This document shows positions 32,901 to 46,436 of a DNA stretch of 64,000 nt, piece after piece; the first letter of the stretch is position 1; each line of letters starts with the position of its first letter. The notes below the pieces were generated by a model. It did not search any database. It had not been told where the DNA came from and worked only from the letters and a program-made list of their open reading frames with translations. The position numbers and the translations under genes were made by a program. The DNA is from Antechinus flavipes. Taxonomy: Eukaryota. The stretch covers positions 177,816,001 to 177,880,000 of the forward strand of contig NC_067400.1 of the NCBI RefSeq assembly GCF_016432865.1, in the 5' to 3' direction.

Positions 32901-35741
32901 TTTCTGCTTAATTTAACTGTCTCCTTTAGACCCTTAAGTATACCATAAGTGGTAAAAGGAGACTCAAGCAGATATTAACAACTGTTTTTCAAATGTGAAA
33001 CTCTAAAGAATATATAAATAGATTTTTTAAACATCAGGATGCTTGATTTTATAGAGGAAGCACTGGACTGAGAGCTATGGAAACATAGCTTGGAATCAAG
33101 ACTGCTCCTCACTTTCTGTGTGATATTAGGAAATTCATTTAATTATATGATGAGATACATATCTAAAGACTATTTATACCATTATATAGATGTATTATAT
33201 ATGTTCACTTGAATATTCATACATTTATTTATTCATATATAAAAATATAGATATTTCTGTCATCTATATAATTGTGTATAAAATATATAATTCTATAAAA
33301 TTAATTATATAAAACAGAATCTAAAATTAATCTAATTAATTAGAAATATACAGGTATATTAAATAATGTATTATAATACTGTTAAGATATATTTATAAAT
33401 ATTTCAAATGAAATATGATGAATACAATAAAAAAAGAAAATTCACTTTGTCCCTTGAGACTGTTTCCTTATACAGAAGGAAAAGGTGGAATTAGGTCAAT
33501 TCTTCTTCAACTATCTTTATGTTATAAATCCCTTTGGTTACCTGAAGTTTAGGTACTCCCTCTCATAGTAATGTTTTTAAATGACTAAAATAAAATTTAT
33601 GGGATTATAAAGGAAATTGATTGTATTGAAGTGAAGTTATTAAAAACAACAATCTTCATGAACTGAAGATTGGACTCCCTGCACTAGATGATTACTCAGG
33701 CTGCTTCCAATTCTCATATTTTTTTGATTTGGTATGAAGCTTTTTCTAAACAACTCAGCCCTACCAGCTAGTTCTGAGCTTCTTAGGAATTTGGGGGATA
33801 GAATGAGTGTACCTGTGGCAGTTAATGATTGGGGGGAAAAGGGGGATATACCTTGTGGTCATGGTACTGGGAGGAGACACCATTATTGTGCTATTATATT
33901 GCTGCTGTAGTTGAGGGAGGAACTGGATCCCAAAACAATCTTTCTTACTAGCTCTCTACTTCCCACCAAAAAACAAAACCTTCCTAAATTTGGCCAAGGG
34001 TTTGTGAGATATGCTTCCATCTAAAAATCCTTCAAATCCTTTTGAAGAACCTCTGATGCCATAATTTGGGCCACATCCCAAGATGAAAACAGATGCAATA
34101 AGCAATAGTACTAATATTGGGATTTGTGGTTTTTTTTTTAAGTTGTGTATTTCAGGATAGCATAAATATATTTTTAAAAAATTATCTTAGCAATCATTTA
34201 CTTTCTCTTTTACCTTCTATCCTCCAATGAAAAGAAAAAAAATTTTAGCAAATAAAATTCAGATATTTGAACAGTGAAAGTGATTTATCATGATAATACT
34301 GCTCTATCAAGATAATATCTGTTCCTTTCTTTTGAAGACATTTATTTATTTGTTTGTTTATTTACAATAAGGAAGACAATGTGGTACAGTGGAAAGATTA
34401 TACTGATTATATGATCCCTGATATGTTACTTTAAGAAAAAGAAGGAAATAAGTATTTATTAAGTGCTTACTATGTAGTGGGCCCTGGGCTAAGTGCTTTT
34501 ACAAATATTTCATTTGATTCTCTCTTGCTACGAGTAATTTTCTAAGATAGTCAATTGCAGAATAGTTGCTGATCTGGGAGTTTTCCTTTACCAATGAAAT
34601 CATAAACCTGAACCAAAAAAAATTATATTAAGCTACTACATCATCTCTTGCCCCAATTTTTCCCCCTCGAAGTTAAATGAACCATTTCATTTATCATTTT
34701 TTCCTGCTCTGTATTTTTTCCAAAATTTCATAAAATGAATATTTGAGGCGCTCTATCCACTATGTGAAAACCACCTATGCTAGCACATTCCCCTTCTACA
34801 CTTTTACTTAAAGAAAATATTCTAAAGGATTTATGGCTATTCACAGTAAGAATTTTCTGATCTCCAATTTCCTTCTCACTTGATATAAGGAAGTATAAGG
34901 AAGTAATCATAACACTGTCCAGAAATGGCAAGGCTCTCTGTTCTTAATAGTCTCAGCTAATAATGCCTCAACACTTAAAAATAAAGTGCAAAATGTCAGT
35001 GTTAGGAAAGATAATTAAAATAAGAAGACAGGAAAGCTCAACCAATTCATCAGGAAGCCAAGAATGTTATGACTCAGTTTCTCAGCAGAATATAAAAATA
35101 TTCTCAGGTATAAAGTATTCTATGTGGTCCATCAAAGAATTCACTCTGAGCACCATTCGTTCTTTGGGCTCTTTTTTAGGCTGCCTTTACTTAATTACCA
35201 ATCAACAACAGAAAGAGCATAGCTTAATCAATTAATGTACTGGATTTGGAGTAGCAAGACCTGGGTTCAAAATTAAGCTTTTAAAGCATTAGGTATATGA
35301 ATTAATGTTAGCCACAATCCTTTCATCACAGGAAGGATAGAGAAAAAAATGTGTTGAGAGTGGAAAAAAAATCACATCACCAACTTGTATTCCTTGGAAT
35401 TTGATCCTTTCTATGACTTTTGGAGTAATTTAAGGGTAAATTGATTCCAGAGCAATTGTTAGATTTTCATTTCAAGCATTTATACCTCTAAAATAGACAA
35501 AAGCTACAAAACAAGGCTTGACTTACTGTTTTGTGGAATGTCTAGACTTAAGGAGGTAAGAAATGTTAATAATGAAGACTGAACACAAAAGTCTAGGTTA
35601 TAGACTTTTTTGGGGGGGTAAGTAAGGGGGGAGAGAGGGGGGGAGGAGGTGGAGGGGGAAGAAGATCTGGTTGTTGAACATTTACCAGCACTCTTCCTGT
35701 TATTATTGTGTTCCTAACAGACTTTCTATTTGTTTTCCTAG

Positions 35742-35785
35742 GTATATGGTTCTGGGTCTCAGACTAGAGCATTCCAATATGTCAG
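35742..35785 (+). CDS. UXS1: UXS1 coding exon
   Basis: ttcctag|GTA TAT GGT...GTC AG|gtaag; 44 nt; VYGSGSQTRAFQYV(S); branch-point-like CCTAAC at 35713-35718. Confidence 0.97.
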
Positions 35786-36975
35786 GTAAGGGCATATTTA
35801 TTTTTTGTAACATGTAATTATTGTGTAGCATCTGTTAGCCAGTTCTGGGGACAGATAAGATAGTCCTGAAGAAATCTTCTTTTTTATTTTGTAAAGTTCC
35901 AAAATACACTAGAATAGAGGCAGTTGGAAAAGATCCATTTCTGTTTTTAAAATAAATTCAAAAAAATTTTTTAAATCAGAAAGCCTTTTTTTTCTTCAAA
36001 ATTAATTCACACTAAATCCAAGTTTTACATTTCTCTGTTAGAAATTAACTTTGGTGGATTTTCTTCTAATCCATGCTGCCATCTAGTGTTCTTAGGAAAA
36101 ACTAACACCTGTAGCACATATTTAAAAAATTTTTGTGATTCAAGGGAGGTAGGATATGTAAAGTGCTTTCTAATTTTATAGCTTTATGTAAATGTGTATT
36201 ATCATGATAATGATTTAAGAATCTCCATAATAGCCCTGAAAAGTAGTCATATATTTTTAAAAATTAGTCCATTCTATTTTTGGATAGCTAAATACATGAT
36301 GGGCAAGACCACTTATTTCTGATCTAATTGTGTTTTGTCATGTACTTCAATATAAAATACATTTTCACAAGTTATACTCTTCCCTATGAAATTCCTCTAG
36401 TCAATAGGATATGTTCCTTAAAAAAATTTCCAGTAATTTTATAACCATGAATATTATAGAATCATAAATTTAAAAGTAGACAATATCTTCTCAGTCCTCT
36501 GGTTCATCTTCCTCATTTTGCCAATAAAGAAACTGAAGCCCAAGGGAGTTGATTGTCTTGGCCAAGCAAAAGTAATGTGTGACCTGTTCTTCTGGAGTTC
36601 AAGTGGCTACTCTACAGGATGTTCAAGAAGTTCCTCTCAGCTGCCGTATAGTATCTTGACTGATATATCCACCAAACATAGGGTTACGTGGGCCATCATA
36701 GTGACAAGGAAAACTTGGTCACAAATATAATTTAGTGCCATTTTTAGATTACTTTCTTTTAGGTTTATAGGCTTATAGATGAAGAATTATAAGAACCTTA
36801 GAGACCATCCCTTTCCATTTTGCAGATAAAGAAACTGAGAGGTTAAAGTGATTTGTTTTGGGTCATACATGTGGTATTCCTGACTCATAAGTTCAAAAGA
36901 ATGACCTCAGCATTCTAAAAAAAAAAAAAAAAGGAAAGCTCTTTCTATTGGGTCCTTTACAATTTGGGAATTTTT

Positions 36976-37284
36976 TTTAAAAATAACTTTTTATTGACAG
37001 AACTCATGTCAGGGTAATTTTTTACAACATTATCCCTTGCACTCACTTTTGTTCTGATTTTTCCCCACCCTCCCTCCACCCCCTCCCCCAGATGGCAAGC
37101 AGTCTTTTACATGTTAACTATGTCACAGTATATCCTAGATACAATATATGTGTACAGAACTGAATAGTTCTTTTATTGCATAGGGAGAATTGGATTCAGA
37201 AGGTAGAAATAACCCAGGAAGAAAAACAAAAATGCAATTCATTTCCCAGTGTTCTTTCTTTGGGTATAGCTGCTTCTGTCCATC
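36976..37284 (-). mobile_element. 5'-truncated L1 3' end with 17-bp TSD
   Basis: Same L1 family as 9403-9857; TSD acaatttgggaattttt at 36959-36975 and 37285-37301. Confidence 0.9.
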
Positions 37285-37682
37285 ACAATTTGGGAATTTT
37301 TAAAGGAAGTCATTCCTTATTCCTGAGCCTTCAATGTTTTTAAAAATTGAAATAGTCTGCACATATAAAGCAGAATGAATGGTGAAAGGACTCTTGATAG
37401 TAGTAATACTACTATTAAGTATTGTTTAGTACCTAATAGGTTTGAAGATAAATTTTGAGGAGATTTTGCTACCCAACCCTATGGGTAGAAAATTCATCAC
37501 TTTGACCCATTTTAATTTTCTTTCCTCCCATCTTTTTAAGGATCCTCATTAAATCAAAATCTAATAATATTAACTAATATTTATATAATGCTTTATGACA
37601 AAGATGCTTCAGATAAATGGTGCAAGTATTATTCTCATTTCACAAATTAAGAAAATTGATACCAAAGAGTTAAAATGATCAT

Positions 37683-37918
37683 TGGGTAGTTAGAGTGCCT
37701 AATCTAGAGTCAGGAAAACCCACCTTCCTGAGTTCAAATGTGATCTCAAACACTTGCTAGCCATGTGATTCCAAGCAATTGACTTAATCCTCGTTGCCTC
37801 AGTTCCTCATCTATAAAATGAACAGGAGAAAGAAATCACCAACCACTTCAGTAACTCTGCCAAAAAAATCCAAATTGAGTCAAGAAGTGTTGGATATGAT
37901 TGAAACAACTGAACAACA
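37683..37918 (+). mobile_element. CORE-SINE (MAR1-type)
   Basis: cttcctgagttcaaatg...cagttcctcatctataaaatgaac.ggagaaagaaat...gaaacaactgaacaacaa tail. Confidence 0.75.
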
Positions 37919-38454
37919 AAAGTCATGAAGATAGTTGGTGGCCCTCCTGGGACTATAACCTAAATATCCTTACTTCAGTGCCATTTTTATTTTCTGTAGA
38001 ACAGCTCTTAAGTCATTTTGATTCCATCATCTCTACTATTTCTTTTGTTTGAAAACCATGCCAATAAGCCAAGATTTTTTGTTTATTCTCTTAACATTCA
38101 ATTGCTGTCTATTTACATCATTCACCTGGTGTGTTTTGCATTTTAAAATTTCACAAGTTCCAACTAATTGGTAGAAGAAAAAGAGAGTCTTTGATAAATG
38201 CAGTTTCATCTAAATGCTAATATAATGTTACTAAGTACAAGTCCTGCTTGAATGAAGACATTCTGATGTTCACTCATTTTACAAATTACAAATGCTTTCC
38301 CCAATAATAACCCTTTCAGTATAATCCCTATTCAGTATAATCCCTAGGTTTTCTTTTCCTAGACTCTGAGTTTTATCCATGATCATTTGATGATGTTGGT
38401 GATGGTATTCCTGAGTGTATAGATAATGAATTTACATATTCAAAGTTAAGTTTT

Positions 38455-38968
38455 GTTGTTTCTACTTTCCCAGAATCTCTTGAATGCTTGCTTCCCTTTC
38501 TCACATACCTTTCACCCTGCTTCAGTCCCTCACGACCCATTCTGTTGCAGTAACCTAGTTGATCTCCTTGCCTCAAAGCTTTCCCCACTCCAATTCTTCT
38601 TATAGTCAACTGCCAAAGTGACTTTAATAAAACACCAGTTGGATGTTTTCAATTCCCAACCTCCCCATCCCTGTTCCAAAGCTTTTCATTCTCACTTCCA
38701 CATTCTTGCTGGTCTGGCCTCATTCAATACTCAGCTTAAATCCCACTTTTTGAAAGAGACCCCTTCCTTGTCCTCACCACTGCTAGATCAACTCCCACTT
38801 ATTCTATATCTATTTTGTATATACATAATATTTTTGCATGTTGTTTCCCCCTTACTAGAATGTGATCTTCTTGGAAAGACCATATTTTGTTTTGTTTTTT
38901 GCCTTTGTATCTTATTGTTTAGTACAATGACTAATATGATCCATTGCTGATAAAATACTTACTGACTT
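38455..38968 (+). mobile_element. L2 LINE 3' region
   Basis: ctgccaaagtgacttt, tcagcttaaatcccac, gaatgtgatcttcttgg...ctttgtatc; L2 terminus. Confidence 0.65.
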
Positions 38969-41900
38969 CAGTGAAATCTCAATACATTTATTCAAAAAAG
39001 AATCATATTTTGTACCTGCCCAACAGTTCACTGAAATTAAAGAACAGTGATATGATTGTTAACTTTGCTAACACTGTTTCTATTGCCACTCAATTATTAA
39101 ATATAAGAAAAATTTTGCTGATCATGATAAAGACAATAGAGATAGGCAGCATGAGCCATAGTAGATGGAGAACTGGCCTCAAGGCAGGAAAAATTAGGTT
39201 TAGGCCCTATCTCTCTCATATAATGGCTATGTGATCCTGGGAAAGTCACTTAATTTCTAAGTGACATAGGTCCCTTTCTAAGTTGATCTTGCCAGCATCA
39301 GCTGATCTGCTTTAATGAAGGGAATTGAGGATTTCACTATGTCAGTGAAATCATAGATTGAATCCAAAAAATAATGTCTCATTCTGAGGATAACTAAGAT
39401 TTATCATAGTTTTCTCTTTCTTATAAAAATAACTAACATTTACATATTGAATTCTAATTACAACCTTGTCAAGTTAGAATTGCAAATGTTATCCATATTT
39501 TAGACACAAACTGAATCTCAGAGACGTTGACTTGTCCATGATCTTATAGCAATAGGTTAAAGCAACAAGATTTAAAATTCATAACTCATCTCAAACCAAG
39601 CCCAAGATTCTGCCTCTGGCTAAAGTAGAAAAGTATACTGTTACTTTTCAACTATTCTATCTTCAGTTTGCCTGCTGTAAATATATAATATGAAGGGACT
39701 ATTCATTTAAGCTCTTAGAGAAATGGTGTTCATGTTCATTCACTAAGTAAATCTTTTCTCCCTAAAAGGCCCCTAATTCTGACTAAATTATCACAAACTA
39801 CAAAAGCCCCAAAGAATCATTTCTGGACTTACAATAAATAAATAAATGAATAACTAGGTAACTTAAGTAAATAATTAAATGTTTAGAATGCCTCCCCCAA
39901 ATAAATAACAAATGAAATTTATATAGTGCTCTAAAACTTATAAAGCTCTTTATATATATTTTCCTTTGAGTCTCACACTCAGTCTTTAATGTTCTTACAA
40001 GTATTATCTCATTTTGTAGATAAGGAAGACATTAAGTGTTTTCCCTGTTGTCCATCACTACTAATTATACAGCTAATTAGTGTGAGATGAGATTCCAACC
40101 CAGAATTTCCTGATTTCAAATTCGTTATTCTCCTATGCCAACTTTCCTTTTAAAATAATAATTAATATTTTTAAATAGCACTTCAGTTTTTGCACAGTGC
40201 TTTACTTATGTTATATCTTTGGGTCTTCACAACACCCTTGTGTGTACGAAGGATGTTGTCATACCCATTCTACAAATGAGAAAACCTATGTGAAACCCTT
40301 GCTCTCAGGATCAGAGTCAGTAATGGTATTTGAACCTTTGAATCTTAACCTTTGTCTTCCTCATTCCAAGTCCAATTTTCTTTCTGTTTTGCTAAGCTTC
40401 TTCTTTTAGGAATCTTTATATATTAGGGCATTCTTTTCTTTGGCAAAATTAGTTTCATAATTTTATCAATATTGAGGACTTTCTATGAAGAAAGTTCTTT
40501 CATTGCAAATTAGAAAATTTTCTTTAATTTAGAGCCATAGAAATTTGAAAAAGTTGTGACTTTCTTGGGGCCACATAGTATTAAGTTTCAGAAAAAGGAC
40601 TTAAATCTAAATCTTTATGACATTTAGACCAACCCTCTATCATTTATCATCCTATATCTCACATTTTATATTACAATTAGGATTAGGTATGAGAAAACCT
40701 CTTAACCAATAGTTTCCCATTCTCACAATTTGCTGTTTCTAATCTTTTGGGATGATGTTACTTAGTCATCATAATGCAAAATTAACTGTTTTTTCCAAAA
40801 ATGTGTCATCTAAGTAAGGAATATCTAACAATTCAAATTCATAACCAATTTCATTTTACCATTGCTGTGGTTGATATTTTCATGGTCAAGTTATGTTTTC
40901 ATATACATTAAAGTCACATTATTTAAAAAAAGTCACTTTGTCAAAATGACACTTGATAAGAACTTTAGGTTAAATATAAGTGTGATCTGTGCAGGGTTGA
41001 CCTTAAAAGTTGCCAGATTATGTTATAAATTATCCATCATTCAAAGCATGGTTACCAGAATCCTGTTAGCCTTATTATTTGATATTAACTTAAATAACTT
41101 TACTCTCACCATTTCCATCCCCACTCCCTACCAGTTTCAGACTAATTATAATAAGTAGTATTGAATGGCAGCTTTTAATGTCTGAAACTGAATCTTTTCA
41201 GGCCACATTGCTAATAGAAAACACCTCCATTACAAAGAATGTTAAGATGGTACCAATGATTCACTGCCATAGTGATGAAGTGACTTTTTTTGGTCAGTTT
41301 CTCTACAGTAGAGAAATAATCAAATGGCTGGCAATTATTGGCATGAGTGCTTGATTTGTGAAAAAGAATGATTTGAGCATGTTAGTATAAATATGCCCAT
41401 TGGTTATAAATGGAAAATTGAAAAGTTTGCCAAAATAGCCCCCCAAAAGATTTTTCTGTTTAAGAGAAAAGCAAGACTGTTGATCATTGTCTTTTGCTTT
41501 ATACAATTACTTTTTTTTTTTTAATCTGTAACATGACTCGTAATGCCCTGCTCCTCAGTGGTAACAATGCACAGAGAAGGATCAAAATATTTTAAAATTT
41601 GCATCTTTCAAATCTCTGAGATTTGAGCTCTCTTGAGAGCTCTCTCTAGGAATAAGCTGCCTCTCAAATAGGAATAAAAGTGTCTTTTGTGCAGTACTGC
41701 AGTGTCATTTTTACAGAGTAACTTTTTTTTAACAGAGCCCCACTTTAAAGCTTCTGAAAATAAGAACCAAATCTTGGTAAGCGGAAATTTGCTTACTTCT
41801 CTTCACTTTTCATGGACCAACCAATCACAATCCATCTGAAACATTTGCAATTCCCTGACTTTTTTGTGTGGAGTGTTTGAGATTGTTGTTTGGGGAGAAG

Positions 41901-42303
41901 GAGGAAGTTGGGGTGTTGGAAAACAAGCCATAATCACATTTCAATAACCAATATTATTTGGTTTGTCTTTGTAACATACCAGTCTGGGGATCTCCATGCT
42001 TTGCACAATTCTTTCATCTCAGTGGGCTTTTGTTTCATAATAACATTTCATCTGGGTAAAGAAATGCTCATCATTGTCCATCAGAGCCAAATGGGTAGGG
42101 ACACATCAGACATGGGTTTTCATTAGGGATATAAGAACTTATTCTGTGAACATCCATCTCAATTACAAGATTTGTTTTTTGGTGTTTTTTTTACATTCTT
42201 CATATTTTCCGATTTGTTTTTGGTGGGGAGGAACCAAGAAATTGTTTTTTCAATAGTCATTTATTTTGAGGAAATAGACAACATGGCTTTCCTTCTTTTG
42301 CAG

Positions 42304-42364
42304 TGACTTAGTGAATGGACTTGTGGCTTTAATGAATAGCAATGTCAGTAGCCCTGTCAACTTG
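42304..42364 (+). CDS. UXS1: UXS1 coding exon
   Basis: ttttgcag|T GAC TTA...AAC TTG|gtaag; 61 nt; (S)DLVNGLVALMNSNVSSPVNL. Confidence 0.97.
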
Positions 42365-42963
42365 GTAAGTCCTTTTTCTTCACATTTTCTGTTCTCCATT
42401 GGTTGGCAGGAATATGACTTTCTGGTAAAGGTCCTTATGAGTCTGAATTGTAGGGTCTGTCTTTTCTATCAAAAAAAAACTTTGGGAATCTAAATGGTTT
42501 TTTTGCTGGGGAAGATGCACAGAGTAAGAAAGTTTTACAAGCAAAATATTTCCATAAATATGTTTTACAAAAGATCATAATGAAGGAACTCGGAACTCAT
42601 AAATGAAGACCTAGGTCCGCTCAATTTGGCAACAACATGCATAATCAGGCAGTATTAATAAAAGCTTTTTAATAATACTTGTAATTATGGAAATTACATG
42701 CATAAATTTGTGTGTCCCTAATTTAATACATGAATGTATCTTATGTAAATATCCTTGAGTAACATGGAAGAAGAAGCTTTTTCAAAGATAATGTCTCACT
42801 GATGAGAGTTGTTATAATATAACTATGAAAAACAGCCTTCTTGCCAAGAAAAGGATGCTGGCTGGGTTAATCAGGAGATCTGAGTTCATATTGAACCTCT
42901 GATAACTTGCTACTCTTGATTTGGGGCAAATTATTTAGTTTGCTAGGGCTTCAGTTTCCTTAA

Positions 42964-43182
42964 GGCAACTAGGTAGCACAATGGATAGAGTGATGTGCCT
43001 GGAGTCAGGAAGATTCATCTTGAGTTCAAATCTGGCCTTAGAAACTGTGACTCTGGACAAGTCACTTAACCCTGTTCATCTAATTTTTCCCATCTGTAAA
43101 ATGAATTGGAGAAGAAAATTGCAATATCTTTGCCAAGGAAATCCCAAATTGGGTCACAGAATCAGAAACAACTGAACCAACA
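42964..43182 (+). mobile_element. CORE-SINE (MAR1-type)
   Basis: ggcaactaggtagcacaatggatagag...ctttgccaaggaaatcccaaattgggtcac. Confidence 0.8.
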
Positions 43183-44252
43183 GTTTCCTTCTATGCAAAG
43201 TAAGAGGTTTGGACTAGCTAGTCTATTGAGATCCCTTCCAATTAAACACCTGTGATATTATGAAAGCTTAGTTTCCCCATGGTCCTTGGGTTTTTGTTAT
43301 TATTACTGTTAATATTATTATTATTAAAATAAGACCCTAAAATAGTTAAAACTCGTCAAAATACCCGTCAGAAAAAGTAAAGATATGTAACTTAAGAAAT
43401 TTATTTTCTCAGATTTAAAAAAAACAAATGAAAGATGTAGCTTGTCACCTTGAAGATATGAAGTTAGCCATTATATTTAGAAACTTTTAAAACAGTAAAT
43501 GAAAGTAGACAAGCCTTTTTCTTCTCTTTTCATTATTAAATACAAAGCATGTTCAAGTGTATGTGTCTTTTTTATTACAAGGGCTACAACTAACCAATAA
43601 ATACTTGCATCTTGTATGTGTTAGATTTATAATTTCTCTTTTATGTGGAATTTATATTTGACACTAGATATTATCTGATTTAAGCAGTAGACTTTGCTTT
43701 TGTTTGCCATTTATGTCACTGTTCTCATTAGGGGCTCTACCTTCCGAATGATTTTTTTTTTATTTATATTTACTTATATGTTTATAATGTCAGACATTGT
43801 GCTAGGAACTTTTCAAATATTATCTTATTTAACCATCACAACAGATCTGGAAACTAGGTGCTACCTTAATTTACAGTTTTTCAAAGAGAGGAAATTTTCC
43901 AGTTGAGGAAATTGAGATGGACAGGTTAAGTGAGTGCATTAGGTCACAGTATCTAACTCATTTGAACTCAAGGCTTCCTGACTCCACACTCAGCCATCTA
44001 TATACAATGGTTGCTGCTGCTATCATACTTGGAAAGGTAGTGGATAGATACAATGTATCATCAGCCAGAGTCTATAAACATGAATTTTGATGTGTTAACA
44101 GCCCTGAATGAAAATTGCAACTGTGATGAAATAAACATATGTATGTTCTAGAAAGCCTGTTGCCTTCTGCTATCAGTGAACCTATAAACATCTTACAGAA
44201 GATTAATGTGATGCTTAATTACTCTCATAACCAGTAACCATTTCTTCCTTAG

Positions 44253-44310
44253 GGGAACCCAGAAGAACATACAATTCTGGAATTTGCTCAGTTAATTAAA
44301 AACCTTGTTG
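44253..44310 (+). CDS. UXS1: UXS1 coding exon
   Basis: ccttag|GGG AAC CCA...CTT GTT G|gtaag; 58 nt; GNPEEHTILEFAQLIKNLV(G). Confidence 0.97.
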
Positions 44311-46200
44311 GTAAGTAGGATAAGTCATTTCATGGGTGAACTTCAATATGAATGTTTCCTATCAGTGGCTAATTCCTTGATTAGCAAATGTGTAATTAAT
44401 ATAAGCTAATTGAATTGAATAAAAGCAGAGCTTTTATCAGAGACATTTGTCTTCTGATGCTTTAATTAAATAACAGCAGGAGAAAAGGGTGTCTTTGGTT
44501 TTGTTTGGGATTGTAACTGTGGGCTTGTTTCTGTGATAGATCCTTTTTATTCCCCAAAGTTAGGTCATTCTGTGTAGGTGAAAATGATTTGTTTGAGGAG
44601 CCTATGCTGAGTGAGAATGGAATTTTAGAGGGTGAAGGAAAATCACTTAAATTGTGTATTGTTTGGTGTAGAACACATCAGCCAGCTCTATAAATACTAT
44701 TTACAATTCTGACCAGCTTTCCCGTGAAATTGTAAGAGCCAACATAGAAATCAGGGCAAGAGATAATAAACCAGCCAATTGAACCCCACAGTGACCCAGA
44801 GCTTTGTCTGATTCCAGACTCAGTTCAAGTCCAAGCAATCTATCTCCTGTTAATATGAGTTTAGTCCCCAGCCCTGAGCAATTTGTGGAATCTTTGGAAT
44901 TTTTTTTTCTCAGTTCTATACCCATGTGTAAAGGGAGACTAAAGATTTCTGCTAAACAAATATGGCACTGGCGTAATTAGGCTTTGCTGAGATCAAAGCT
45001 TTTATTGTATATTCATTTCTTATTAGCCACTTATAGATATTCCTGAGATCATGTGGTTTAGCTACAAATGAGTTTGACCTGGAATCAAAGGTCAGTGTTT
45101 TTCACCCACCTGATCTGAATTCATGTCTTTATTATACACACCTGTCAGCAGCAAGGGCTTTATTATTGGATCTGACCTAAGAAAACCTCAAATCTCCCTA
45201 CAGTAGGAGGCAGCCTTTTTGGAATTTTGATTACTGATCAAAGGAATACGTGTAGTTCTTTCCTCATTGGCCAAGCTGAGGAGAGGGACTAGTCCTGAGC
45301 TCAGGGGCTCAGATCACCAGGTTCATTCACTTCCTTTGTGTTCTCTGACCCTTCAGATAACTGTTCCCTCCTTCTCCCCCACCCCAACATCCAGGAAGGA
45401 GTCTTTTTAAGAAATTAAATTAGGATCAAAGATTTAGAGCTTAAGGGGATTTAGAGGCTATCTGATCTAATCCCTTCATTTTACAAATAAAGAAACTGAG
45501 ACTCAGAAGGGTGAGAAAGTAAATAACAGAAATGGAATTTGAAGTCATCTTCTCGAACCCCATATTTGGAATAATATCTACTACACTGTTCCTCTTCCTG
45601 AAACCTTACTCAATTTTTGCAATCTCCGAATTACATAAAACAGTAAAGGTTTTCGCCATCAAGATGGGAGAGGTCATTTTTAAGTATCCCTTCTCAGATA
45701 TTTGAATAGATGTATGTATATATGGCTTTTAGCTAATTACTTAATCTTTCTGCCTCAGTTTCCTCATGTATAAAACATGACATGAGACTCAATGTCTTCT
45801 TAGGTCCTGTTCAGGCCTATGATCCTCTGACTCCTGGATTGCCCCTATGTCTTAAGAAGGTATAGGGCTTTAATGTGTAATAGAACTAAGTTTTATTTCT
45901 ATTTCAATATAGGGAGGGACCAAGTAAGGAAATTGATTTTATCAATGGAGATCAGTACTGTTCTATAATTTACACACTTAGATAATTCTGTGAGTGACTG
46001 AAAAGTTGAGTGATTTTCTGGATATCACAATGACAGTATGATTAACCTATTATCTGTATTAATAATAACTTTAGTTTCACTTATAAGAGGTTCTTATTAA
46101 ATTACAGCCTTCACTAAGATTCAACTACAGTGCCTCATTGTAACAAAGTGGTGACCTTGGGGTCTTTGAGTGGAAAAGAATTTATCAGACCCAAAATGGA

Positions 46201-46436
46201 GGGGCAGCTAGGTGGCACAATGAATAGAGTACTGGACCTGCAGTCCAGTTGAATTTGAATTCAAATCCAGCCTTAGATACTAGCTGTGTGATGCTGGACA
46301 AGCCATTTAATCTTGTCTAACTCAGTTTCCTCATCTGTAAAATGAATTGGAATAGGAAATTGCAAACTACTCTAGCATTTCTGCCAAGAAAACCCTAAAT
46401 GAGGTCACTAAGCATTGGATATGACTGAATAACAAC
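46201..46436 (+). mobile_element. CORE-SINE (MAR1-type)
   Basis: ggggcagctaggtggcac...ctgccaagaaaaccctaaatgaggtcac...gactgaataacaac. Confidence 0.82.

Noticed and set aside
35711-35741. Upstream alternative acceptor (ctaacag, 35720) adding 21 nt
   Set aside because: The AG is only 2-3 nt from the likely branch A, and the extension would contain an in-frame TAG; it is better read as the branch point.
42311-42493. 60-aa ORF beginning MNGLVALMNSNVSSPVNL
   Set aside because: It is the UXS1 exon 42304-42364 reading into the intron, not a separate gene.
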